Below are positions 1 to 9,110 of a DNA stretch of 64,000 nucleotides, one piece after another; positions within the stretch are counted from its first letter, which is position 1; every line of letters starts with the position of its first letter. Under the pieces are notes generated by a model. The model did not search any database. It was not told where the DNA came from and worked only from the letters and a program-made list of their open reading frames with translations. This DNA is from Gammaproteobacteria bacterium (GTDB taxonomy: Bacteria; Pseudomonadota; Gammaproteobacteria; Eutrophobiales; Eutrophobiaceae). The stretch lies in NCBI GenBank assembly GCA_965221695.1, contig OZ244905.1:1184001-1248000 (forward strand), read 5' to 3'. The position numbers were made by a program, and so were the translations under genes.

Positions 1-891
1 CGGAAGTTCCTGCTTGAACATCAATACACAGGAAGGGATGGGGGCAACAATGTCCCAACCCTGTTCCACCAGCGCCGCGAGTTGGGGTACGTTGACGTTT
101 TTTGCGCGCTCCACCGCATCCAAGTCACCCAGTTCCAGCTTGGGCATGCCGCAGCAATCCTCTTTTTCCGCCAGGGTCACCGGGATACCGTTATGCTCGA
201 ATATCGCGATCAGGTCTTGCGTGACCCCGGGGGTGTTCCGGTTGCAGTAACAGGTGACGAACAAGGCTACCTTGCCCGTAGTGCGCCCTGCCGGCTCCGC
301 TTCAAGCTGCGGCGGACGCCGGTTCTTGACCCGGCTGCGTAAAGACCGGGAATGGAACCGGGGCAAAGGCGCGTCCGCATGCACGCCGGCGGTTTTTTCC
401 AGCAGTTTGCGCACTGGCCGGGTTTGATTTGCCGCATTCACCAGTTGCGCAACAACGGGGATGCCGGCCAGGTTGCCGACAGTTTTTGTCGAGGTCAGCG
501 CCTTGTCGCGCCATTTTGTTTTGCCTTCCCTGAAGTTAACGGCCTTGGCACGTAGCATCAGGTGCGGGAAATCGACGTTCCACTCATGGGGTGGCACGTA
601 GGGACACTTGGTCATGTAGCAGAGATCGCATAAATAACATTGATCCACGACCTTGCCGTAATCTTCCTGCGCTACGCCATCCACTTCCATAGTCTCCGAC
701 TCATCGATCAGGTCAAACAGGGTGGGGAACGCATTACACAGGCTGACACACCGGCGGCAACCGTGGCAGATGTCAAACACGCGTTCCAACTCCGTGTTCA
801 ACGCCTGCTGGTCATAATAGTCCGGCTGCTTCCACTCGATGGTATGGCGGGTGGGCGCTTCCAGGCTGCCCTCGCGTAGGTCGGCACTCAT
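1..891 (-). CDS. Fe-S oxidoreductase (GlpC/HdrD-like, rubrerythrin-associated); 3' end runs off the window
   Basis: Not in the ORF track; read manually from ATG at 891: MSADLREGSLEAPTRHTIEW...DICHGCRRCVSLC...DQCYLCDLCYMTKCPYVPPH. Two ferredoxin-type Cys clusters; this family typically lies next to short rubrerythrins. Confidence 0.85.
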   Translation of the reverse strand, partial: MSADLREGSLEAPTRHTIEWKQPDYYDQQALNTELERVFDICHGCRRCVSLCNAFPTLFDLIDESETMEVDGVAQEDYGKVVDQCYLCDLCYMTKCPYVPPHEWNVDFPHLMLRAKAVNFREGKTKWRDKALTSTKTVGNLAGIPVVAQLVNAANQTRPVRKLLEKTAGVHADAPLPRFHSRSLRSRVKNRRPPQLEAEPAGRTTGKVALFVTCYCNRNTPGVTQDLIAIFEHNGIPVTLAEKEDCCGMPKLELGDLDAVERAKNVNVPQLAALVEQGWDIVAPIPSCVLMFKQELP

Positions 892-917
892 AGGGTAGTT
901 TTCGCAAATTACTGGTT

Positions 918-956
918 AAAAAAGAGCCGGGCTTCAGCGCGCGGCCGGCCCGGCTC
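918..956 (-). terminator. Intrinsic terminator after rubrerythrin
   Basis: GAGCCGGGC...GCCCGGCTC stem followed by T6 on the minus strand. Confidence 0.6.
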
Positions 957-979
957 GGTATTACTATCGCCTGGTCAAA

Positions 980-1399
980 TCAGGCGTCAAGGTTGTCCAG
1001 GGCTTTCTGGAAACGGTTGGCGTGGGAACGTTCCGCCTTGGCGAGAGTCTCGAACCAGTCGGCGATCTCGTCCAGGTTTTCATCCCTGGCGGTCTTGGCC
1101 ATACCGGGATACATATCGGTGTACTCGTAGGTTTCACCGGCAATCGCGGCCTTCAGGTTGTTCTCGGTTGTACCGATCGGCTCGCCCGTAGCGGGGTCGC
1201 CGACTTCTTCAAGGTATTCAAGATGGCCGTGCGCATGGCCGGTTTCGCCTTCGGCAGTTGAACGGAACACTGCGGAGACGTCATTGAAACCCTCCACATC
1301 CGCTTTCTGGGCAAAATACAGGTAGCGACGGTTGGCCTGGGATTCGCCGGCAAATGCCGCCTTCAGGTTGTCTTCAGTTTTGGTGCCTTTCAAACTCAT
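980..1399 (-). CDS. rbr: Rubrerythrin (short form, no rubredoxin domain)
   Basis: [35 protein letters not shown] and AERSH di-iron motifs. Confidence 0.95.
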   Translation of the reverse strand: MSLKGTKTEDNLKAAFAGESQANRRYLYFAQKADVEGFNDVSAVFRSTAEGETGHAHGHLEYLEEVGDPATGEPIGTTENNLKAAIAGETYEYTDMYPGMAKTARDENLDEIADWFETLAKAERSHANRFQKALDNLDA

Positions 1400-1467
1400 T
1401 TTCTATCTCCTGGTCTTTGATCTGTTCTGTGGTATTACGCTTTCAGAATAGTGATTGCTCAGTTGGA

Positions 1468-1495
1468 ATTTTACTTATCCCGCCGATAGTGTCAA
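1468..1495 (-). promoter_or_regulatory. Sigma70-like promoter of rubrerythrin
   Basis: TTGACA (1495-1490), 16 nt, TAAAAT (1473-1468). Confidence 0.6.
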
Positions 1496-1516
1496 CTTGA
1501 TAAACCAGGCATTTTC

Positions 1517-1553
1517 ATTGTATTTTTCAATCGCAGGCATAGGTTTTATCAAT
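1517..1553. promoter_or_regulatory. OxyR-type operator
   Basis: ATTG-N7-CAAT-N7-ATAG-N7-CAAT has the exact spacing of the OxyR consensus ATAG-N7-CTAT-N7-ATAG-N7-CTAT and lies upstream of a peroxide-defence gene. Confidence 0.65.
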
Positions 1554-1632
1554 AAGCCGGGGCCACAGCAAATTTTTACTCTGCTCCCGAATATCGGTAC
1601 AATCCTCGGAATTATCGACCGGAGGCCAACTC

Positions 1633-1881
1633 GTGTCCGATACGAAAACCGAAATTGATTTTGAGAAAGCGCTGGCTGAACTCGAAAAGCTTGTTGAAAC
1701 TATGGAAAAAGGCGAACTTACACTGGAGGATTCCCTGAAGCAATTCGAACGGGGCATCACCCTGACCCGCGCCTGCCAGGAGGCCCTGGTGGAAGCGGAG
1801 CAGAAAGTACAGATACTGACCCGTGACAACAAAGCCGCTGAACTGGCGGCATTTGAAACAGATACCGAGGATGATGCATAA
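1633..1881 (+). CDS. xseB: Exodeoxyribonuclease VII small subunit
   Basis: FEKALAELEKLVETMEKGELTLEDSLKQFERG; adjacent to ispA. Confidence 0.95.
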   Translation: MSDTKTEIDFEKALAELEKLVETMEKGELTLEDSLKQFERGITLTRACQEALVEAEQKVQILTRDNKAAELAAFETDTEDDA

Positions 1882-1945
1882 ATGGTCACAGGTTTGAATA
1901 CTGTTGCTGCCGGATTATCCGAACCCGCCGGTTATCGTCCGCGTC

Positions 1946-2836
1946 ATGTTATTTTCTGAACGGTTGGCAGACTACCAGGCCAGGGTGGAACGCGCGCTGG
2001 ACTACTGGATTTCGGCGGCGGGGGAAAAGCCGGAGTCCTTGAACGAGGCTGTTCGGTACTCGGTTTTCGGCGGTGGGAAACGCATAAGACCGATACTCGT
2101 GTATGCCGGCGGTGAGGCATTTAACGCCGAACTGCCAGCCCTTGATGGCTGCGCCTGCGCAGTGGAGATGATCCATACGTATTCTCTCATTCATGACGAT
2201 CTGCCGGCAATGGACGATGACGACCTGCGGCGCGGGCGGCTCACTTGCCACAAGGCTTATAACGAAGCTACCGCGATCCTGGCCGGCGATGCGTTACAGG
2301 CATTGGCATTCCATGTGCTGGCGCAGGATCCCAACATTACCGTTAGCGCCGAGCAACGCCTGAAGATGATCAATACCCTGGCGCTGGCCGCAGGGCCCGG
2401 CGGCATGACCGGCGGACAAGCCATCGACCTTGAAGCGGAAAACAGGATGCTCAACCTGGAAGAGTTACAGACCATGCACGCGCGCAAGACCGGCTCGCTG
2501 ATCAAGGCAAGCGTTGAACTGGGCGCGTTAGGCGCTCACAGCGTCGATCAGCAACAATTCGATAATATCTCGCGCTATGCGGATTGCATCGGCCTGGCAT
2601 TTCAAATCCACGACGATGTGCTCGACATTGAGGGCGATACCGAAACGCTTGGCAAACCCCAAGGCTCGGACCTGGCGCGGAACAAGGCCACCTACCCCAA
2701 CCTGCTGGGCCTGGAGGGCGCGAAACAGGCGGCGCGGGAAGCGTTGGACGAAGCCCTGGGACACCTTGAGAGTTTTGGCGAAGAGGCCGGGATGTTACGC
2801 GATATCGCGCGCTATATCGTAGAAAGAAATAGTTAA
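1946..2836 (+). CDS. ispA: Farnesyl diphosphate synthase
   Basis: GGKRIRP, LIHDDLPAMDDDDLRRG, FQIHDD; ATG 1946 preferred over TTG 1904. Confidence 0.93.
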   Translation: MLFSERLADYQARVERALDYWISAAGEKPESLNEAVRYSVFGGGKRIRPILVYAGGEAFNAELPALDGCACAVEMIHTYSLIHDDLPAMDDDDLRRGRLTCHKAYNEATAILAGDALQALAFHVLAQDPNITVSAEQRLKMINTLALAAGPGGMTGGQAIDLEAENRMLNLEELQTMHARKTGSLIKASVELGALGAHSVDQQQFDNISRYADCIGLAFQIHDDVLDIEGDTETLGKPQGSDLARNKATYPNLLGLEGAKQAAREALDEALGHLESFGEEAGMLRDIARYIVERNS

Positions 2837-2864
2837 TGTGTCGCCCGTAGGGCGACTCTTTATT

Positions 2865-3635
2865 TCAGAGGTTGGCGGCTTTCGCCTGCTCCCACAACTC
2901 GTCCATTCTTTCCAAAGACGCGGACTCCAGGTCCTCGCCTTCTTCCTCGAGCCTGGTTTGAATATAGCGGAAGCGCTGCTCGAAGCGTTGGTTTGCCTCG
3001 CGCAGCGCGGTTTCAGCGTCAATGTGCAGGCTCCGGGCCAGGTTGACCGTCGCGAATAACACATCGCCCAGTTCAGATTGCACGCGGGAACGCTCTGCCG
3101 ATACGGCCATCTCTTGCTTTAATTCGTTGATTTCCTCTTCCACCTTGGCCAGTACCGGCGCGCTGTCATCCCAATCAAAACCGGCGCTCGCGGCGCGTTT
3201 TTGCAACTTGTCAGCCCGCTGCAGCGCCGGCAAGGCCCGGGCAATATTGCCCAGGTAATCGCCGTTGTCCTCCTCCCGTTTCAGCTTCTCCCAGTTACGC
3301 TTGACCTCCTCCACCGTATCGGCCCGGTGACCGGCAAAAACATGGGGATGCCTGCGCCGGAGCTTGTCACAAACGCCTGTTACGACATCGTTAAAATCGA
3401 AGGCGCCGGTCTCGGCTGCCATATGCGCATAAAACACAATATGGAACAGCAAATCTCCCAGTTCATCCCTGGTATCATCCATACTGTTGCGCTCAATCGC
3501 GTCGACCAGCTCGTATATCTCTTCCAGTGTATACGGAATGATGGTCTCCGGCGTCTGCTGCTTGTCCCAGGGACATCCCGTTTCCGGGTCGCGCAACGCC
3601 GCCATGATATTGATCAGGTCCTGTATCGAGTTCAT
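2865..3635 (-). CDS. mazG: Nucleoside triphosphate pyrophosphohydrolase MazG
   Basis: LRDPETGCPWD, EELGDLLF-like motif twice, RRHPHVF. Confidence 0.93.
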   Translation of the reverse strand: MNSIQDLINIMAALRDPETGCPWDKQQTPETIIPYTLEEIYELVDAIERNSMDDTRDELGDLLFHIVFYAHMAAETGAFDFNDVVTGVCDKLRRRHPHVFAGHRADTVEEVKRNWEKLKREEDNGDYLGNIARALPALQRADKLQKRAASAGFDWDDSAPVLAKVEEEINELKQEMAVSAERSRVQSELGDVLFATVNLARSLHIDAETALREANQRFEQRFRYIQTRLEEEGEDLESASLERMDELWEQAKAANL

Positions 3636-3820
3636 TTCACCTTTCCCGAACAATGGTTGTTAAAGGAAGCTCTAAGACTTAACCAAAGATTCTTTAATAG
3701 ATCCTCTTGTAATATCTTAATTTTCTGGTAATTTTCACTACTTATTGTTCCATAGTGGAACAAACGGCAACGCGCCGGTCTCCAAGGATGCGGTCCGGCA
3801 TCGGATTACCAGATTAACAC

Positions 3821-4393
3821 ATGAAACCACTTATTTTACGGCTTGATATATCCGGAACACCGGTCACCTGGATTCCATGGCAGGACGCGGTCAGTCTGTA
3901 TTGCCGGGATATGGTGGGCTGGACCGCGGGCGACGAGACCTTCACGTTCCACGGCGGCACATCAAGACTGAGCGGCCTGCAGTCATCTATCTCGATTAAT
4001 TCCATCATTGCCGTCAAACGTTCAAGGAATCACAAACATATCTACCGGAGCGTCCCACCGTTGACCAATCGCGAGCTATTCCAGCGCGATGCGCGTATCT
4101 GCATGTATTGCGGTAACCGCCACCGGGACAGTTCATTGACCCGCGACCATGTGGTACCGATGTCCCGCGGCGGCAGGGACCGCTGGTCCAACGTGGTCAC
4201 CGCCTGCCGCTCGTGTAACACCCGCAAGGGTAACAGGACTCCGGAAGAGGCAAGAATGCCGCTGCTGGCCGTGCCCTACGTGCCCAACTGGGCTGAGTAT
4301 CTTGCGCTATCGAACAGGAAAATACTGGCCGACCAGATGGAATTCCTGAAAACCCAGTTTTCCGGGCGCAAGATGTCCTTCCATAACCAGTAG
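3821..4393 (+). CDS. HNH endonuclease
   Basis: RD..ICMYCG...TRDHVVPMSRGG..WSNVVTACRSCNTRKG. Confidence 0.9.
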   Translation: MKPLILRLDISGTPVTWIPWQDAVSLYCRDMVGWTAGDETFTFHGGTSRLSGLQSSISINSIIAVKRSRNHKHIYRSVPPLTNRELFQRDARICMYCGNRHRDSSLTRDHVVPMSRGGRDRWSNVVTACRSCNTRKGNRTPEEARMPLLAVPYVPNWAEYLALSNRKILADQMEFLKTQFSGRKMSFHNQ

Positions 4394-4451
4394 TTACTCG
4401 GCAAGTTGCCAGTACTCCGGATATAATCTCAAAACTTTCCAGGAGAGCCTT

Positions 4452-4817
4452 ATGAGGATTATTTTCTGTATATTCATTTTTGGCCTGTCGCTGCAAGCAT
4501 GGGCCGTGGACCAGGCAGGCAATTATGCGATATGGGGTAAAGGCCAGAAATCCTGCTTTCGCTACATGAAGGAACGCGCCGCGGACGAAGACCAGGACTA
4601 CAGGGTGTACCTGATGGGATACCTGACCGCATACAATGCCGTAACTCCGGAGACCTACAGTATCTCCAGAGACATGAACCTGGACGAAATCCTGTCCTGG
4701 GTGGATAATTATTGCGATTCAAACCAGATGCACAGCCTGGAGCAGACGCTGATGGAGTTTATCGTCAGCCATTATGAACAACGTTTCCAGGCGCCGCCCG
4801 GCAGGAGAGGCCGCTAA
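4452..4817 (+). CDS. Secreted hypothetical protein (two Cys)
   Basis: Signal peptide ending AWA; GGAG RBS; host-like codon use. Confidence 0.7.
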   Translation: MRIIFCIFIFGLSLQAWAVDQAGNYAIWGKGQKSCFRYMKERAADEDQDYRVYLMGYLTAYNAVTPETYSISRDMNLDEILSWVDNYCDSNQMHSLEQTLMEFIVSHYEQRFQAPPGRRGR

Positions 4818-4985
4818 CAGGGCCGCTGAGGAAAGGATGTACTGCATTAATTCTTGTTTCGTGTTATAGTCGTTGGTTAATCACGTCAGGATTTTCATCC
4901 GCGGATTGATTATGTCTGAAAAATGCGCCATTATTGGCACAATTGCTTTAATCCACTGAAATTGGGCAAACTGGAGAGTAAAAAC

Positions 4986-5267
4986 ATGAACAGAACCTTA
5001 GTCAAAATAACATTTTTCGCCGCTGTGCTGGTGATGCTGGGAGGTTGCGCAACGGTTGAACAACTTAACGAGGTTAGGGCAATCGCAGAAAGCGCTCAAT
5101 CCGCAGCCAACAGCGCGGCTTCTGCGGCAGACAGCGCCGCGGCAGCAGCCAACCAGGCAGCAAGCGCCGCTGCATCTGCCCAGTCTGCGGCTGACGCCGC
5201 GATGGCGTGCTGCAACGAAAATTCAAGCAAGCTGGACCGCATGTTTGAACAAGCGATGCAGAAATAA
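4986..5267 (+). CDS. Lpp/OprI-like alanine-zipper lipoprotein
   Basis: Lipobox LGGC, Ala-rich coiled coil, ends LDRMFEQAMQK with a terminal Lys; convergent with an L,D-transpeptidase. Confidence 0.85.
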   Translation: MNRTLVKITFFAAVLVMLGGCATVEQLNEVRAIAESAQSAANSAASAADSAAAAANQAASAAASAQSAADAAMACCNENSSKLDRMFEQAMQK

Positions 5268-5289
5268 GTATTGTTTCAAATCGACTTAA

Positions 5290-5316
5290 GGAAACTCTGA
5301 TTTAATCAGAATTTCC
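5290..5316. repeat. Minimal (terminal hairpin only) copy of the IS5-type MITE
   Basis: TTAA-GGAAACTCTGATTTAATCAGAATTTCC; similar degenerate copies at about 3664-3693, 8308-8337, 51829-51857 and a half end at about 24632-24650. Confidence 0.7.
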
Positions 5317-5378
5317 TTGATAGTCCATCCACTTTCCTTGCCGGCGCGCTGCACAGGTGCAACGCGCCGGAAGGGTAG

Positions 5379-6323
5379 TTATTCTCCTGTATCCCCGGCA
5401 ATTACCCTGCCGATTTCTACCGGTATACCGTCCCTGTCGGCAATAACGGATTTTGCCAGGTCCCAGTCCACCTGGTAGCTGTAATCAACGGTCAGCTCGA
5501 TCAGACTCTCGACCACACTGGTCAGGTTTCCTTCGAACTTGTCCCTGTCTTCTTCCAAGTACGGATGGGCTTCAAGGTACAGCTTGTCACCGTACCTGCC
5601 TACCTTGTAGGGCTGGTTGATGATACGCACAGGTGTGCGCAGCTTGACCTGCTGGTACAGACTTTCGATACCCTCGGGATACAAGCGGATACAGCCGTGG
5701 CTGACACGCATACCTATTCCGAATGGCTTATTGGTGCCGTGAATGATATATTCGGGCATTCCCAACCTCATCGCATAGTTGCCCAGGGGGTTGTTCGGCC
5801 CCGGCGGCACCCGTTTGGGCAAGGGGTCGCCCTGTTCGGCATGTTCTTTGCGTATTGATTCCGGCGGATGCCAGTAAGGCCGGGTTTTTTTCTCGATAAT
5901 TCGGGTGTTCATGTATGGTGTGGCCCAGCCCTGGCGCCCTATGCCAATGGGATGGGTAATCACCTCAGCCGCCTGACCCGTTTCCTGCGGCGGAAAATAA
6001 TATAGGCGCATCTCCGGGATATTCAGGATGATGCCGATATGAGGCGGGTTCGGCAAAACATACCAGGATGGCAACACAATCTCAGTGCCCTCCCCCGGCA
6101 ACCAGGTATCCACCGCGGGATTCGCGAGCTTAATCTCCCGGAAACCCAGACTGTTGGCCCGCGCTATGTTCGGGAGAGTGTCCTCGTAGCGGGCCTGCAC
6201 TTTTTCCACTGCGCCGATCAGCGTATCACCGGGGCGTTGCAACATGTAGGAAACGGTTGCCCGGGCGGGCGCCATCGCAAATAGCAACAACAGGACCAAC
6301 GAGATATGAAAACAGGTTGGCAT
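5379..6323 (-). CDS. L,D-transpeptidase (ErfK/YbiS/YcfS family)
   Basis: LysM-like N-terminus, PGPNNPLG, IHGTN...SHGCIRL. Confidence 0.93.
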   Translation of the reverse strand: MPTCFHISLVLLLLFAMAPARATVSYMLQRPGDTLIGAVEKVQARYEDTLPNIARANSLGFREIKLANPAVDTWLPGEGTEIVLPSWYVLPNPPHIGIILNIPEMRLYYFPPQETGQAAEVITHPIGIGRQGWATPYMNTRIIEKKTRPYWHPPESIRKEHAEQGDPLPKRVPPGPNNPLGNYAMRLGMPEYIIHGTNKPFGIGMRVSHGCIRLYPEGIESLYQQVKLRTPVRIINQPYKVGRYGDKLYLEAHPYLEEDRDKFEGNLTSVVESLIELTVDYSYQVDWDLAKSVIADRDGIPVEIGRVIAGDTGE

Positions 6324-6841
6324 TAGCGCTCCCTCAGTCGCGGCATCAGTTCTACCAGGTTGCAGGGCCGGGTCCTGAAGTCAAGCTGGTGCGAGATAAT
6401 TTTATCCCAGGCCGTGGCACAGGCGCCTGATGAGCCGGGCAGGCAGAAAATATAGGTGCCGCAGGCCACGCCGGCCACCGCGCGTGACTGCAATGACGAC
6501 GTCCCTATCTCCTGGTAGGACAGGTAGCGGAACAGCTCGCCGAAACCCTCGATTTCCTTATCGAACAGGACGGAAACGGCCTCGGGCGTGCCGTCCCGGC
6601 CGGTCACGCCGGTGCCACCCGTAGCCAGGACCGCATCCACTTCCGCATCGGCGCACCAACGCGCCACCTCGGCGCGGATCCGGTAAACATCATCCGGCAC
6701 GATGGTCTTTTCCCGCAGCCGATGGCCCGCGTCCTCCAGCCTCGCGGCAAGGAGTTTTCCGGACTTGTCGGTCTTTTCCGTACGAGAATCGGAAACAACC
6801 AATACGGCCATGTTCAGTGGCTTGAATTCTCTCTCAGACAC
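6323..6841 (-). CDS. moaB: Molybdenum cofactor biosynthesis protein B
   Basis: VSDSR, TGGTGVTGRDGTPEA, LPGS, RPCN. Confidence 0.93.
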   Translation of the reverse strand: MSEREFKPLNMAVLVVSDSRTEKTDKSGKLLAARLEDAGHRLREKTIVPDDVYRIRAEVARWCADAEVDAVLATGGTGVTGRDGTPEAVSVLFDKEIEGFGELFRYLSYQEIGTSSLQSRAVAGVACGTYIFCLPGSSGACATAWDKIISHQLDFRTRPCNLVELMPRLRER

Positions 6842-6875
6842 GTTGTGCTCACGACAAATGCGGCATTATAAACTA

Positions 6876-6977
6876 ACATGGGTGCACAGGATAGACAGGA
6901 TAATGGAATCACAGTTGTATTCCTACAGGGCAAGAATGTTTGAACCTTTTTATCCTGTCTATCCTGTACATCCATGT
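6876..6977. repeat. Long palindromic element (28-bp arms ACATGGRTGYACAGGATAGACAGGATAA)
   Basis: Arms 6876-6903 and 6950-6977 are 26/28 complementary; second copy at 8341-8405. Confidence 0.85.
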
Positions 6978-8290
6978 GAATGTTTGCCAAACCAGCTTGC
7001 TGCCGTGCGGAAATACCAGAGCAGGCTTAACGCACGCGCAATGAAGAATGCCATCAGGGATAGCCATAACCCGTGGTTGCCCTGATCCTGCAACAGGTAG
7101 CAGGCGGGAAGATAGACGATGAAGGTCGAAACAAGCATTGCGTTCCGGAGTTCCCTGCCCCGGGTGGCGCCGATGAATATACCATCCAGCAGAAAACACC
7201 AGACAGATATGACCGGTGAGACGATCATCCAGGGCAGGAACAGGTAGGCAGTCTCTCTTACTGTTGCAATGTCGGTCATCAGGTTGACCAGACCATTACC
7301 GGCAATAATGAACAACAGGGAGTACAGCAACGCAACACCGCCGCCCCAGGCCATCAGCGCACGGACAGAACCGCGTAGCTGCTCAGGGTCTCTTGCGCCA
7401 ACGGCCTTGCCTACCAGCGCCTCGGCGGCATTGGCAAAACCATCAAGGCCCAGGGCCACCAGCATAAGGAAATTCAACAGTACCGCATTCGCCGCCAGGA
7501 TCAGCTCTCCCTGGTTCGCCCCCTGCCTGGTAAAAAACGCGAATGCAAAGATCAAGCACATGGTCCTGATAAAAATATCCTGGTTCAGCGCCAGCAGCGA
7601 GACAAAGTCCTGTCTGTCCAGGATAACCGACTTGACCCAACGCCCCGGGCTGCGTTTCATTTCGTAATAGATAAAATAGCCCGCCAGCGCGCTGCCGCAG
7701 AACTGCGATATGACGGAAGCCAAGGCCACGCCGCGCACCTCCAGGCTCATGCCGAAGACAAAGACGAAATCGAGGACAATATTCAAAACGCCGATAAGCA
7801 AGGTCACGTACAACGTGGCCCGGGCATTCTGCATGCCCAGCAGCCAGCCGATACAGGTCATGTTCAGCAGCACCGCGGGCGCGCCCCAGACCGCCCAGTA
7901 GAAATACACCTCAGCGTTCTGCCTGACGTCCGGGGTACCGCCTAGAAGGTCAAGTCCCAAGGTGACTATAGGGGTCTGGAGCAACAGGATGGCCAAGGCA
8001 ATCAGGACTGCCAGGAAGCAACTGTGCAGCAACGCCGCCCTGAGACGATCATTGTTCTCATTCCCCTTGAGCTGCGCGACGATGCCGACGACGCTCATGC
8101 GCAGGAAGCCCATGCCCCAGTAAAGAAAACTGAAGATCACCCCGGCCATTGCCACCGCACCGATATAAGCAGGGGTGTCCAAGTGCCCGACCACTGCCGT
8201 ATCGACCATGCCCTGTAACGCGACCGTCAGGTTGGACAGGATTAACGGCCCCGCCAGCCGCAACAGGCGACTATGATGATTTATGATCAA
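6959..8290 (-). CDS. MATE family efflux transporter (DinF-like)
   Basis: PLILSN..L.GMVDTAVVGHL, GFLRM, LDGFA.AAEALVG, DGIFIGAT; about 12 TM; TTG start uncertain. Confidence 0.9.
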   Translation of the reverse strand: MIINHHSRLLRLAGPLILSNLTVALQGMVDTAVVGHLDTPAYIGAVAMAGVIFSFLYWGMGFLRMSVVGIVAQLKGNENNDRLRAALLHSCFLAVLIALAILLLQTPIVTLGLDLLGGTPDVRQNAEVYFYWAVWGAPAVLLNMTCIGWLLGMQNARATLYVTLLIGVLNIVLDFVFVFGMSLEVRGVALASVISQFCGSALAGYFIYYEMKRSPGRWVKSVILDRQDFVSLLALNQDIFIRTMCLIFAFAFFTRQGANQGELILAANAVLLNFLMLVALGLDGFANAAEALVGKAVGARDPEQLRGSVRALMAWGGGVALLYSLLFIIAGNGLVNLMTDIATVRETAYLFLPWMIVSPVISVWCFLLDGIFIGATRGRELRNAMLVSTFIVYLPACYLLQDQGNHGLWLSLMAFFIARALSLLWYFRTAASWFGKHSHGCTG

Positions 8291-8340
8291 TACAAAAAAA
8301 AATTAATGAAGCTCTGAGACTTAATCTCTGAGGTTCCTTA

Positions 8341-8405
8341 ACATGGATGCACAGGATAAACAGGAAAAAAACAGAAAAAATCCTGTCAATCCTGTACATC
8401 CATGT
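8341..8405. repeat. Second copy of the ACAGGAT palindromic element
   Basis: ACATGGATGCACAGGATAAACAGGA ... TCCTGTCAATCCTGTACATCCATGT. Confidence 0.85.
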
Positions 8406-8435
8406 CAAGGAATCGCTCGTTAAGTCAGTACTGTC

Positions 8436-9035
8436 TTAACTGCCTGTCTCCCATTTGCCGAAAAAGAAGCTTTCGCTGAGCGGGTTGCGATTTCTGGGAG
8501 CAAATTCCCTTTCCCGCCGCGGTTCCGGCACATCCTCCCGCGCGGTCTGGTAGCCGATGGCGATCATGGCCATCGGCGTATGGTCGTCCGCAATACCGAA
8601 TGCCTTTATGGACTTCTCTGGGATGAACCCGCCCATCTGGTGCGCCATCAGACCCAGGTCGGTAGCCTGCAGGCATAAACTGATGGCCGCGGCGCCGGTG
8701 TCGTATTGCGCCCACCTGTTCGGCTCGCCGTTATGTTTGAAGCGCTCCACGGCAAGCGCGAGGATCAGCACGGGCGCATGCTGCGCCCAGTCGCGATTTC
8801 CCTCCACAAGGCAGTCCAGGGCAGTCTGCCATGCCGTCTCGTCCCTGGACCGGTCACAGATAATGAAGTTCCAGGGCTGGGCGCCGTAGCAAGACAGCGA
8901 CCATCTTGCCGCCTCGATACAAGCGCTGAGTTTTTCCGCTTCCACCGGCCGGGCGGGATCATAGGACACGCCGCTCCAACGCCGGGCAATGAGGTCATTG
9001 ATGGGGACAGAGGTAATCGCTTTCTTTTCGAACAT
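8436..9035 (-). CDS. Nitroreductase family protein
   Basis: IARRWS, EAARW..S.YGAQPW, YDTGAA, HQMGGF. Confidence 0.9.
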   Translation of the reverse strand: MFEKKAITSVPINDLIARRWSGVSYDPARPVEAEKLSACIEAARWSLSCYGAQPWNFIICDRSRDETAWQTALDCLVEGNRDWAQHAPVLILALAVERFKHNGEPNRWAQYDTGAAAISLCLQATDLGLMAHQMGGFIPEKSIKAFGIADDHTPMAMIAIGYQTAREDVPEPRREREFAPRNRNPLSESFFFGKWETGS

Positions 9036-9110
9036 GATTATATTTCCTTGGTTGAACGGAGATGGCCCGACATTATAGCGGTTTTGTCACGCCGCGCGCG
9101 CCGCGGCCAA

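Noticed and set aside
3745-3763. parS site
   Set aside because: Centre is TAG (17-bp core) rather than the 2-nt CG centre of the 16-bp parS consensus
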